37,507 bases of DNA, taken from the IMG/VR virus record IMGVR_UViG_3300038391_000041, positions 1 through 37,507 of that record; one strand, given 5' to 3'. Origin of the DNA: a virus (Duplodnaviria; Caudoviricetes). The notes beneath the pieces were generated by a model. The model was not told the origin of the DNA, did not search any database, and saw only the letters and a list, made by a program, of their open reading frames with translations. The position numbers and the translations under genes are program-made. Positions 1 to 8,662 of this stretch are shown one piece after another. Position 1 is the first letter of the stretch, and every line of letters starts with the position of its first letter.

Positions 1-5
1 TCGGC

Positions 6-42
6 AAAACGAAATGTACAGCTTTTTAAAACAGAATGTACA
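6..42 (+). repeat. Window-left end: two direct transposase-binding repeats
   Basis: AAAACGAAATGTACA (6-20) and AAAACAGAATGTACA (28-42), 22-bp period; 27-42 is the exact reverse complement of 33859-33874. Confidence 0.85.
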
Positions 43-45
43 ATT

Positions 46-315
46 TTAGTCTATGTCATTCAGCTCAAGCGTCTGACCGGCCTTCTCATGAGTGCAATCT
101 CCTAAGAACTGGATCTTACCACTCCTCACATAGCTATGACAGACAGATCCGTCATGGCCTCTCACTAGCAGTGATGGGCTGAAGGTTGGACTTTCAAAGT
201 CTTGATTAAACTGCCACCGGTGATCAAAGACATGAGCAAACCCACAACCAGGGCACTCAAACAAATACCCATTAAGGGTCTTACCGTCTGGACTGTATGT
301 CTCCTCTACCTTCAT
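46..315 (-). CDS. DUF6527-like small Cys/His metal-binding protein
   Basis: Motifs FECPGCGFAH, WQFNQDFESPTFSPSLLV, CHSYVRSGKIQFLGDCTH; TAATG-coupled to the upstream gene. Confidence 0.8.
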   Translation of the reverse strand: MKVEETYSPDGKTLNGYLFECPGCGFAHVFDHRWQFNQDFESPTFSPSLLVRGHDGSVCHSYVRSGKIQFLGDCTHEKAGQTLELNDID

Positions 316-1262
316 TATGCCGGTGGGAATAGTGCATCAACAAAGTTGACAATGTTGAAGTCATTGCCTCTGGCCGAGCTTTTAACATTGACCATATCCG
401 CTTGATCAATCAGTTGGATCTGAGCAAGTAGGTCCAGCTCAGTTAGATGCTCTGGTATTGGCATATTCCGGACTGAGTATCCACTGAAGTTGGTCTTCTG
501 GAGCTCAGTGAAGTTTGCAGCTGTTACAAGGCCATCTCCACCATTTACCCCGTAAATGATGGTATGCTTGCCCATTGCCATTGATTCAATTGCAGAACGC
601 CCATAAGCAATCACTAGATCTGCTTTCTCAATCTCTGCCTCTATTGCCCAGGTTGGTACATCTACCATCCGGACATATACTCCAGGAAGCAATCCAGCAA
701 GGTTGATCACCTTGTCTCTGTAAAAGGCATTATTCCTGACATCAAAGACTAAGATCTTTCTGATCACAGTAGGAATCGCTTCAAGAGTGTCAAATCTGGT
801 CAGATCAATGGCATTCCTGAGCCTGATGGGAGTCTCATATCCTAGCTCATCCTGGAGGTAGGTCTCAGCCTTTTCACCAAAGCAAACAGGCTTGAAAGTA
901 AGATGAGACACCTGCCCTGGATAAGGAGGCAGTGCATTGTCTGCATCCAGACTGTGAGTAAGGAAATAGTATTGTGCTGTTTTAGTTGTCCTCATGGCAT
1001 AGGAAAGAGTCCCTTTGCCATTGACAAAAATAACCTCATAGCCATCTGTGCTCTGGTCCTTTGATGGCTCCTCCAGCACTGTGATACCTGCAAGCCCTTT
1101 AAACTGACTTGAGAATTGATTGTTATCCTGCAAGAAAACAACCTCTATAGGGTCCAGAGCTGGATTGGCTGCGTTGATCCGTTCTGCAATTGCATAATTG
1201 AGAGTAAGGATCCCATTTAGATCATCATTCTCCAGTAAAAAAAGAGCTCCTGCTGCTGCCAT
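315..1262 (-). CDS. GT-B fold (GT4-like) glycosyltransferase
   Basis: RNAIDLTRF and ADLVIAYGRSAIESMAMGKHTII match GT4 NGVD..RF and AD....E-A-M-A-x-G motifs. Confidence 0.75.
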   Translation of the reverse strand: MAAAGALFLLENDDLNGILTLNYAIAERINAANPALDPIEVVFLQDNNQFSSQFKGLAGITVLEEPSKDQSTDGYEVIFVNGKGTLSYAMRTTKTAQYYFLTHSLDADNALPPYPGQVSHLTFKPVCFGEKAETYLQDELGYETPIRLRNAIDLTRFDTLEAIPTVIRKILVFDVRNNAFYRDKVINLAGLLPGVYVRMVDVPTWAIEAEIEKADLVIAYGRSAIESMAMGKHTIIYGVNGGDGLVTAANFTELQKTNFSGYSVRNMPIPEHLTELDLLAQIQLIDQADMVNVKSSARGNDFNIVNFVDALFPPA

Positions 1263-1265
1263 GTC

Positions 1266-2084
1266 TTAAATGCTTGAAGTTGAAATTCTGTTGACCTCTA
1301 CCCACTTGCCAAGAGATTCATGCCATCTGAAAAATACACAGAGGTTGTAGTCATAAGCTTGACCTGATGCCAGTGGTCCAGTTGCCCTGGATCCAATGAA
1401 TGACTCTAACCCAAAGAATGGCCGTAAGACCTGGTCAAGATCTTTAAACTCTGCTCTGTTAAAAACTAGATTACTGACTTCAGAGTTCTTGGTCACAAAG
1501 CTCAACCCGGTTCCATCACCACAGCGGACCATTAAGTCATATCCATTAGGGATGTTTTCAAAAGGAGTTATTTGGGTAAGAATAAAGCCTCCATTTGCAT
1601 AGGTGTTGCCATTACTGTCAAGAGTTATGGTCTTAGCATGCTTAGGGAGCCTGTACTTGTAACATCTATCAGCTAGATGGTCACAATCACTCTCCTGGAT
1701 GGTAAAATGCTCATAGAGCCTCTTAAAATCGCTGAGAGGAGTAGTGACACCAGACTCCTCAACATTACTCCTGGCATCTTTGTCAATTTGGACAACATGA
1801 GAGTCTGTATCCTCAAAGGTTAAACTGACATTTTCAGTGAATACTTTAACATGCAAATGAGATCCACCGGTGAACTTCATGAGCTCTCCTTCTATAATCA
1901 TCCAGCCATCAGACACAGTGGATCCATCCACCACACATCCAGCAATGATGTATTTGTCAGTGTCCGTGATATTAAGGTGGCCATAGAGAGCCTTTACAAT
2001 GTCAGTGTATGCAAGCTGCATGTGCTGAAGGAGGTCCTGATCTAGTGGCAATCCTCCGGTATGAGTCAAGTCAAGTGTCTTCAT
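1266..2084 (-). CDS. Tail fibre / receptor-binding protein
   Basis: N-terminus TGGLPLDQDLLQHMQLAY...IIAGC...VSDGWMIIEGELMKFTGG is typical of Bacteroidota Mu-like fibre anchors; follows the baseplate wedge genes. Confidence 0.7.
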   Translation of the reverse strand: MKTLDLTHTGGLPLDQDLLQHMQLAYTDIVKALYGHLNITDTDKYIIAGCVVDGSTVSDGWMIIEGELMKFTGGSHLHVKVFTENVSLTFEDTDSHVVQIDKDARSNVEESGVTTPLSDFKRLYEHFTIQESDCDHLADRCYKYRLPKHAKTITLDSNGNTYANGGFILTQITPFENIPNGYDLMVRCGDGTGLSFVTKNSEVSNLVFNRAEFKDLDQVLRPFFGLESFIGSRATGPLASGQAYDYNLCVFFRWHESLGKWVEVNRISTSSI

Positions 2085-2584
2085 TAGTATGTCTTGATTT
2101 TGTAGGTTTTGGTATCAACAAAGTAGTCAATGATGGCCCTCATCTCTTTCTCATCAAAGGTTAGAGTGGCAGGGACGTTGACAACAAAGTCAGCATAAAA
2201 GGCCTCTATCTCAGCCCTGGTGTATGTATAAACTTGAGTAGTTCCACTGATGTACAGAGGATCTAGCTCAGCTCTTTGGAAAATGTATGGACTAGAGAGC
2301 TGCTCTCCTGGTCCAATTGTGATCTCCCTGGTGCCAGTGTGATCAGTTACAGAATATCCTGAGATGTATTTCTGGTTAAGTGCCTTCTCCAGGTAGATGA
2401 CTTGAGAGTTGTGAGATGCCTTAAATCTTTGATCTTCTCTAAAAGCTTGTTGAGTCTGTGAGAGCGTTTTGAGAGGCTCTACAGTGGATTTCAGCCATGC
2501 AGTCATCTTAGGACTCCGCAAGAAGGTTGGAAGCAGCATCTCTGCAAGCCTTGGGAAATCAAGATTATAATACTGCTTGGCCAT
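2084..2584 (-). CDS. Baseplate wedge protein (Mu gp48 / P2 gpI-like)
   Basis: LLPTFLRSPKMTAWL, QVIYLEKALN, DFVVNVP; lies directly after the J-like gene. Confidence 0.7.
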   Translation of the reverse strand: MAKQYYNLDFPRLAEMLLPTFLRSPKMTAWLKSTVEPLKTLSQTQQAFREDQRFKASHNSQVIYLEKALNQKYISGYSVTDHTGTREITIGPGEQLSSPYIFQRAELDPLYISGTTQVYTYTRAEIEAFYADFVVNVPATLTFDEKEMRAIIDYFVDTKTYKIKTY

Positions 2585-3408
2585 TAGTTGGTATAGTTTA
2601 CAGTTAAGGAATCAATCACAAAATACCCTGAGTTTGCAACCAATGAGACAGCAACATCTGTAAAAGGCAGAGCTCCATATCTGGACTTAATCGTGAACTC
2701 TCCAGGATTAATCACTCCCTCAGCTTTCTGGATCTTGTCAATCATCTTGTTGATCACATATTCACCATTAAATTCAAGAGCATTTAAATACTCGTTAATC
2801 GCGATTTCAACTGGCTTGGATCCAGAATCAGTGTGCAAAGCTCCAGTGCTGACATCTATCACAGATGCATCTACCTTGACATCAATTGTGATCTGCAAAT
2901 CATCTGGAGTGTTTGAAATAACTTCCACCGTGTCACCAGCTGCTTGCATTAAATCCATGTAGGCCTGAAATGCAGCTTTTTCAGCTGTTGAAAGCGGATC
3001 TGGTAGATCATTGGTCTGCTTGGCCACCTTTACCCTCACTTTGCCTGGTGCCTTGACAGCTGCTGCATATTGTACAAGCTGAAAATCTGATGCTATTTCA
3101 CCGGTGGCTAGTTGCTGCTCCCATTTTAGAGAGTCCTCATTCCAGACCAGGGGCTTACCATGAAGATAGTCCTTTGAGATCTGCTGATACCAGCGCAGTG
3201 TAGGAGCCTGCTTGGAAGCAACCAGATCCTGAACCTCTTCTTTAAAAAAGTCATTGATCTTCTCATGAGCAAATATTGCGAAGGCTACTACATAGGCCCA
3301 AAGCTTATAGATGGCAGTGGCTGATGTGGAATTAAGATCAGTCAGCTCTGCGTAGCTGTCCTTTTTGGCAATGATCTCATTATATATGGTTTCAACTGTT
3401 CTGGCCAT
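2584..3408 (-). CDS. Baseplate J-like wedge protein (Mu gp47-like)
   Basis: MART..IY, TSATAIYKLWAYVVA, TLRWY, IAINEYLNALEFNG; synteny. Confidence 0.75.
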   Translation of the reverse strand: MARTVETIYNEIIAKKDSYAELTDLNSTSATAIYKLWAYVVAFAIFAHEKINDFFKEEVQDLVASKQAPTLRWYQQISKDYLHGKPLVWNEDSLKWEQQLATGEIASDFQLVQYAAAVKAPGKVRVKVAKQTNDLPDPLSTAEKAAFQAYMDLMQAAGDTVEVISNTPDDLQITIDVKVDASVIDVSTGALHTDSGSKPVEIAINEYLNALEFNGEYVINKMIDKIQKAEGVINPGEFTIKSRYGALPFTDVAVSLVANSGYFVIDSLTVNYTN

Positions 3409-3411
3409 GAT

Positions 3412-3771
3412 CTAAGCTTCTTTTGAAATGTATGCTTTCTCTACATGCTCTGGATCTAGCAAATTGAGCAACCAGCTCAACCATCTTCCTGGAGCGTAAA
3501 GCCGGTGATTTATTTTATTGTGTCCTAGGACATAGCTGATGGTGTCTCCTTCTTTTCCAAACCGGTACCCATCAGGAGGCACCATAACATCATTAAACAG
3601 ATGTTGAAAAAACACATTTCCGGATATGTCAATGGAAAGAGCACAGTCAAGGAAAAACTGACTCAATCCAGGACCTCTAAAAATAGTCCGGACAATAGCC
3701 CACAGGATGCCCAATGGAGCAATCAGGAAAGCTAGCAACAGGGCAAGTATCAAAAGCAGTAAGTTTTTCAT
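3412..3771 (-). CDS. Conserved phage membrane protein
   Basis: Hydrophobic N-terminal helix; SIDISGNV and GDTISYVLG motifs; ATGA-coupled. Confidence 0.65.
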   Translation of the reverse strand: MKNLLLLILALLLAFLIAPLGILWAIVRTIFRGPGLSQFFLDCALSIDISGNVFFQHLFNDVMVPPDGYRFGKEGDTISYVLGHNKINHRLYAPGRWLSWLLNLLDPEHVEKAYISKEA

Positions 3772-4088
3772 TTCAGTTTAGTTAATTCAGCATTTACTTG
3801 TCCGGCAATATCTACAGGCCACATTGATTCAATTGAGTAGTACATAAGCTTCAGATGAGACTCATGGATTGGCTTCTCAAACTTGAAGTTTTTCTCCTGG
3901 ATAGCTTTGGCCAGTTTCCATGCAGCTTCTTTATCTCCAGGCTCTCTTTTAGGCTGGTTTGTATACTGAGACTGAAGCAGAGCAAGCTTGCAGCATTCAG
4001 CATAAGAAAGAGGCTCTTGGTTGCTATCCTGAATGTCCTTGCCCTCTATGGTCTTGACATTAGTGTTGTAGAAATCAATTGTTTTCAT
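3768..4088 (-). CDS. Hypothetical protein, possible tail-fibre chaperone
   Basis: Overlaps neighbours in the operon; ATG at 4088 preferred over 4112 because it reduces overlap. Confidence 0.55.
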   Translation of the reverse strand: MKTIDFYNTNVKTIEGKDIQDSNQEPLSYAECCKLALLQSQYTNQPKREPGDKEAAWKLAKAIQEKNFKFEKPIHESHLKLMYYSIESMWPVDIAGQVNAELTKLK

Positions 4089-4524
4089 GTCCTGTGAATT
4101 TTTCAAAGTCATTGATTGAAATACTTTCCCCTATAACTATAAGGCCTCTTCCAGCCTGTAGATCCGCACCAAGCACATAAGGAAGGCCCATCTCTAGGGT
4201 TTTCTTTCTGTTGTTTACAATATCAGTGTCATCATCATAGCTGAGGTTTAAAGCGGTGTAGAGCTGCTTTGCCTCAACAGGATTGATCCTTCTGTTGAAG
4301 GTCTCAATCAAGTGATACTCATAGTCTGTGAACTCATCTCCATTCTCATCATAATTGGTGAACGGAGTTTCATAGTAGTATCGGCCTTTGATGACAATGT
4401 GCTCCTTGCCCTCATCTTCAACCACTGTCTGATCAGAGTGGATCCTGGCTATTGGTTTACACTGAACTCTTTGAGTTGAGCCCACTGCAATGGTTATCTC
4501 TTTTTTACAAATCAGTGCTATCAT
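4075..4524 (-). CDS. Hypothetical protein, possible tail-fibre assembly protein
   Basis: ATGA-coupled directly downstream of the fibre-like gene. Confidence 0.55.
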   Translation of the reverse strand: MIALICKKEITIAVGSTQRVQCKPIARIHSDQTVVEDEGKEHIVIKGRYYYETPFTNYDENGDEFTDYEYHLIETFNRRINPVEAKQLYTALNLSYDDDTDIVNNRKKTLEMGLPYVLGADLQAGRGLIVIGESISINDFEKFTGHENN

Positions 4525-5435
4525 AGTTGTTTTTGATATGTTACAGTCCCTCCTTCGTTGCTTTTCTTCCAGACCTCTCCAGCGTTGCCCATTCCATTTC
4601 CATTAGAAGTCCATCCAACAGACTTACCATCTACTGGATCAGGAGGCTCATCGGACTGGCTTTGAGTTATTGGTCCATTTACATCAAGTCTGGTATCTGG
4701 AGAAGTTTCACCTACTCCAAGGGCTACTGAAGTAAGGGTCAAGGCCTCAACTGTAGATGCATAAAACTTCTGAATTGATATCCCTGAGGTGTTACCCCAT
4801 GACATAACACTTCCCAATATTCTTGCAGCTGTGCTGCCATTGATGGCTAATGACCCGTTATTTACATTGAAGAGAAATGAGTTTGATCCTTCAATCAAAA
4901 CATGGCCAGTAAAGTGATTAGGCTGTGATGGTGTGGTTGTTCTGAATCCTAGTCGGTCATTTGCGGAGTCATAATACAGCGCAGCTGCTCCAAGTGCGGT
5001 GTCACTTGCCTTAGTTTGAATTTGCCCAACTGCTCCAGCTGGAGAAGCTCCTGCTGTAATTGTCCAAGATCTATCTTGAGAAAGATCTAAGGTGGTCCCG
5101 TTTATGGTTATGGTCCTTGAGCTTGGCACTTTATCATTCAGAGCGGAAGACACAGCTGAGGCATCCGCATAACCTCCACTTGCATGATTGCCCCATGTAT
5201 GAGCTTCATCCCAATTGGCAACCTTTTGAGAAGTTACTCCATCCAGGACAGCCTTATTGTCATGTGTGTGGATGTTTAGTTCAACTTGGCCAAGATTGCC
5301 ATTAGCATCAACTACCAGGTACCTGTTGGCTACACCTCCAGAAACTATGTCCCCAATAGTGATAGGCCTGACCTCAGCTTGAGTGTTTACGTCAGCCTTA
5401 ACTACAGGGCTTGATATGTTTGCTTCTAGTGTCAT
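4521..5435 (-). CDS. Second tail fibre/spike-like protein
   Basis: G/S/T/A/N-rich; fibre-type motifs HTHDNKAVLD, WDEAHTWGNHA, RTITINGTTLDLSQDRSW, YDSANDRLGFRTTTP, LGVGETSPDTRLDVNG. Confidence 0.7.
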   Translation of the reverse strand: MTLEANISSPVVKADVNTQAEVRPITIGDIVSGGVANRYLVVDANGNLGQVELNIHTHDNKAVLDGVTSQKVANWDEAHTWGNHASGGYADASAVSSALNDKVPSSRTITINGTTLDLSQDRSWTITAGASPAGAVGQIQTKASDTALGAAALYYDSANDRLGFRTTTPSQPNHFTGHVLIEGSNSFLFNVNNGSLAINGSTAARILGSVMSWGNTSGISIQKFYASTVEALTLTSVALGVGETSPDTRLDVNGPITQSQSDEPPDPVDGKSVGWTSNGNGMGNAGEVWKKSNEGGTVTYQKQL

Positions 5436-5773
5436 ACAGTGCCATATTTTAAGGTTACAGACTCTAGGTATCCACTTGGGAAAATTGCATCATCAGAAAT
5501 AAGATCAACAACAATGGTGATCAATCCTTCTGGCCAGCTGGCAGTCATTGCCCTTGTTATAGGCAGGATGACTTTGTAGTTCTCTGCTGGCTTGTGCAGA
5601 TCCTCATAGCCTTCTGTTGTATTAAATGCAAATTTGACTTGCTCCTTTTTGTTGATATGAACATAAAAAAAGGCATCAGTCACGCTGGTCAGATCCACAT
5701 TGGATCCATTGAGCTTGACATCAATTTCAATCTTCAGATCCTGTCCTGGTTTAACTTTCTCTAGTGTTTCCAT
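5432..5773 (-). CDS. Beta-rich baseplate/fibre-anchor protein (BppU N-terminal-like)
   Basis: NGSNVDLTSVT, VILPITRAMTASWPEG pattern; position before the fibre gene. Confidence 0.5.
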   Translation of the reverse strand: METLEKVKPGQDLKIEIDVKLNGSNVDLTSVTDAFFYVHINKKEQVKFAFNTTEGYEDLHKPAENYKVILPITRAMTASWPEGLITIVVDLISDDAIFPSGYLESVTLKYGTV

Positions 5774-5994
5774 TATTCTACTGCTGTTCCTGGTATTACC
5801 TTCTTGAGCTCGTAAAAGTCAACCATGTCCTGATCAACCACCTCAACTGTCTCCAGCTCTTGTCCTCCTGTTAATGCATCAGTCAGCTCCAGATCATTTG
5901 TCCTGGCAAGGTCCAGTGCCGCTGTTGCTGATCCACTTCTTTGAATAGCTATATCTAAAAGGCTTTGCTTTGGTATGACAGTTGTCTTGCTCAT
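5773..5994 (-). CDS. LysM-like baseplate protein (tail X-like)
   Basis: VIPKQSLLDIAIQRSGS...LARTNDL...LTGGQEL fits a LysM pattern. Confidence 0.75.
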   Translation of the reverse strand: MSKTTVIPKQSLLDIAIQRSGSATAALDLARTNDLELTDALTGGQELETVEVVDQDMVDFYELKKVIPGTAVE

Positions 5995-6557
5995 TGTTGC
6001 CCGTACTCATCATGATCTCCCTCCAGATCAAACCACTTATTGAACTTCACCTTTATTGCTTTGACTACTTTGTTGGTCTCAGTAAATCCTAGCTTACCTA
6101 AATTTTCCAAGACACTAACCAAAAGCTGGATAGTGATGGCCACCAGGAATCCATTGTATAACCAGCTGAATGGATCTATTTCAAGGCCAAGAAGGCTCCC
6201 ATAGTTCTGAAACTGGCTGAATAAATTCAGGACAATAACAATGGCCAAATAGTACCCGAACTTCAGAAACATCCGGCCAAACTTTCTGCTTGAGAACTTC
6301 TTACCATTCTTTAGAGCTACATGGATCCCTGTGATGGTTTCAATCAAGATCAGGATACTAAATGCCAGGAACATCAAAGGCTCAAATCCGGTCAGCTTGG
6401 TTATCCAAGTTGCTACACTTGCAAGGACAGAGCTCACAGTGATTGTAAAAGCCATGATTTTTGGATTGCTGATATGCCAGCAACTTTCATTAAGCTCTCT
6501 TAATGAGCTGAAGCCAAATGCATCCAGAATGAATGCCCATCTTTCTACTTTACCCAT
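5991..6557 (-). CDS. Phage holin family protein
   Basis: 3-4 TM helices; ETITGIHVA, FSSRKFGRMFLK and VSVLENLGKLG motifs of holin_4-type proteins. Confidence 0.75.
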   Translation of the reverse strand: MGKVERWAFILDAFGFSSLRELNESCWHISNPKIMAFTITVSSVLASVATWITKLTGFEPLMFLAFSILILIETITGIHVALKNGKKFSSRKFGRMFLKFGYYLAIVIVLNLFSQFQNYGSLLGLEIDPFSWLYNGFLVAITIQLLVSVLENLGKLGFTETNKVVKAIKVKFNKWFDLEGDHDEYGQQ

Positions 6558-7113
6558 GAGTTATCTTCTTGTTTTCTATATCTGACAAATCAGCAACTGG
6601 TCTCTCAGTCCAGCCTGCCTGTATTAATGCTGTTTTCAGTGCAGCTCCACCATCTTGAGTAATTGGAATCCATGCCTTAATAAAGCCTTGCAACTGAGAG
6701 AGCAGATCTGAATTTCTCTCAACTTGAGTTCTAAGCTTTGTCACTTCAATAAGTCCTCCCTTTGATCCATCATTGATCTTGATGCCATCTGAGTCCCAAG
6801 TGATACTATTATTGCCAACCACAGCCTCAATGGTCTCAGCTTCCTCTACAGTGGCCACTATATAGATCCCGTCTGTATCAGATCCAAGAGGCATCACCTG
6901 GACTACAGTGCCCACCTTTGGAAATATGACTATCCCTTCAGTGTTTTTGATCACTGGCCGTAGCCTTGCATCAGGGATCACCAAATCATCAACAGTCCGG
7001 ACTTCAACAGTCTTGTCAGTTTTGTTGACAGATAAGACTTCAGCTGGAGTCAGGATCTGAGGACTCTTGAGAAGGTCCTTTAACTGCTGTTGTATTTCTC
7101 TTTCTAAGGTCAT
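6550..7113 (-). CDS. Baseplate spike (Mu gp45 / P2 gpV-like)
   Basis: OB-fold N-terminus AEVLSVN...DARLRP...PKVGTVVQV; C-terminal H (KITHG); follows the hub gene. Confidence 0.75.
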   Translation of the reverse strand: MTLEREIQQQLKDLLKSPQILTPAEVLSVNKTDKTVEVRTVDDLVIPDARLRPVIKNTEGIVIFPKVGTVVQVMPLGSDTDGIYIVATVEEAETIEAVVGNNSITWDSDGIKINDGSKGGLIEVTKLRTQVERNSDLLSQLQGFIKAWIPITQDGGAALKTALIQAGWTERPVADLSDIENKKITHG

Positions 7114-8096
7114 AGTGCTTCTCCCAGGAATATTTGCCTCCGGGCCCCGTTGGTTCCATAGGTTACTTTGGTTTTTTCTACGAAGTATTTACCGCTCATT
7201 TCCTGGTGATTGTCATCTTCAATGTTGACAGACCAACCTCTCTGACAGTTTGGATATAAAAAGCTGGTGAAAGATCCTCTGTAGCCGGTAAACTTGGACA
7301 TCTTCAGCATCTCCTGAGCAATCTCTGTAAGCCTTTGCTTGTCCGTTACGTTGTACCTGAAGAAAGTCCGGAGCTCTCCATCATCATCTCCTATGATTAC
7401 AGTCACTCTAGTATTGTCTGGAGCAATTCCAATGACCTTGACCCGGAGCCTGAGATCCTCCTCCTTAATAAAGGTTAGGTCATGCTTTGGAAGGATGTTT
7501 TCCTGGAAGTGATAGCTCTGTTCATTCAAGGCATTAAGCTGCTGTCTTAGTCCAGCAAATAAGTGGCCATTGTCATCAATGTAGACAGCAAGACCAAACT
7601 CCTCTTTAATCTTCTGAAGGACTTGAGCTGGAGTGATGTTCTTGGCCTGGAACCTCTCCAGCTTAAAGGAAGGGACCTCAGTTGAAACTGAGATCCCTGA
7701 TCCAGCTGCAAGGTCTTTGAGAAGGTCTCTGAGCTCAATGTTCTTGTAGATCTTGTTTAAGTCTTTGCTCCTTCTTAGCTTCCATACAGCATCTTCACAC
7801 TCAACTTCCACCGGGAAAGTAGGCTTAACCTGCTTTACATATCCTTTAAACTCAGTTTCAAGGATCAGGTCTTCATATCCTATCTGAATGGTAACTTCAT
7901 CTCCAATTGAGATCACTTTGTCTGCTTCAGCAGCTTCAAAGCCTTCACCATAATTCTGAACTATCAACGCCCTTGGGATCTTGATGGTGGCTGTATCAGA
8001 TAGAACATCCACACTCCTAGTGATTTCAACAGAGTGAACCTCTTGAAAGACCAGCTGTCCGATTGTGATATTTGCAATCAATACAGCGTACATCAC
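7110..8096 (-). CDS. Baseplate hub (Mu gp44 / P2 gpD-like)
   Basis: LSDTATIKIP, GDEVTIQIGY, EFKGYV, VECEDAVWKL, GKYFVEK. Confidence 0.8.
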   Translation of the reverse strand: MMYAVLIANITIGQLVFQEVHSVEITRSVDVLSDTATIKIPRALIVQNYGEGFEAAEADKVISIGDEVTIQIGYEDLILETEFKGYVKQVKPTFPVEVECEDAVWKLRRSKDLNKIYKNIELRDLLKDLAAGSGISVSTEVPSFKLERFQAKNITPAQVLQKIKEEFGLAVYIDDNGHLFAGLRQQLNALNEQSYHFQENILPKHDLTFIKEEDLRLRVKVIGIAPDNTRVTVIIGDDDGELRTFFRYNVTDKQRLTEIAQEMLKMSKFTGYRGSFTSFLYPNCQRGWSVNIEDDNHQEMSGKYFVEKTKVTYGTNGARRQIFLGEAL

Positions 8097-8662
8097 AGCA
8101 GTTTGTTTAGTTTACGCTGAACCAAAAAGTCTTGATATTCAAAGCCGGTGATCCTGAAGTCTTGAGAAAAGGGCTTTCCCTGACCTGGAGGCCATGTCAC
8201 ATCTTCAATGACCATCTTGTTGATGCCAAAGAGCTTCAATAGTGAGCAGTCAACATCCAGAGCCTCTCCAGAGTCAGCCATCTCTCTTAAGGCAATAACT
8301 TGATCTTGAGGATATCTGGGCTTTGTTTGATCACGGTTGATCAGATAGCCTACAATGTCAATGGTGTAGTAACTGTGATTTACTTGCTCAACTACCATCC
8401 CTCCAGGCTTTCTACTGTTCCCTGCAATAACAGTCTTAACAAGGTTCTTTTTTCGTCTAAGCATCACCAATGGCTCTGTCTGAAGCTTGAAGCTTTTGCC
8501 TAGCTTTTTACTTGTGAAGGTTAGATCTGTGAACACCAAACGGCCCACAGCATCTCTTGCCGTTGCATTGAGTCCGAGCTCAGACAAATCAACCACAGGC
8601 ACATCCGGATAAATTGGTCCGAAATTCTGCGCTATTCTCTCTATGGTTACTGTGACACTCAT
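8093..8662 (-). CDS. Tail tube initiator-like protein (DUF6046-like)
   Basis: KKNLVKTVIAG, YTIDIVG, YPQDQV, LFGINKMVIED; lies between tape measure and hub. Confidence 0.7.
   Translation of the reverse strand: MSVTVTIERIAQNFGPIYPDVPVVDLSELGLNATARDAVGRLVFTDLTFTSKKLGKSFKLQTEPLVMLRRKKNLVKTVIAGNSRKPGGMVVEQVNHSYYTIDIVGYLINRDQTKPRYPQDQVIALREMADSGEALDVDCSLLKLFGINKMVIEDVTWPPGQGKPFSQDFRITGFEYQDFLVQRKLNKLL

Noticed and set aside
46-315. DUF6527-like gene as part of a bacterial ubiquitin-like operon
   Set aside because: No E1, E2, Ubl or JAB gene in the window.
1266-5435. Diversity-generating retroelement or invertible segment acting on the fibres
   Set aside because: No reverse transcriptase, template/variable repeat pair or recombinase seen.
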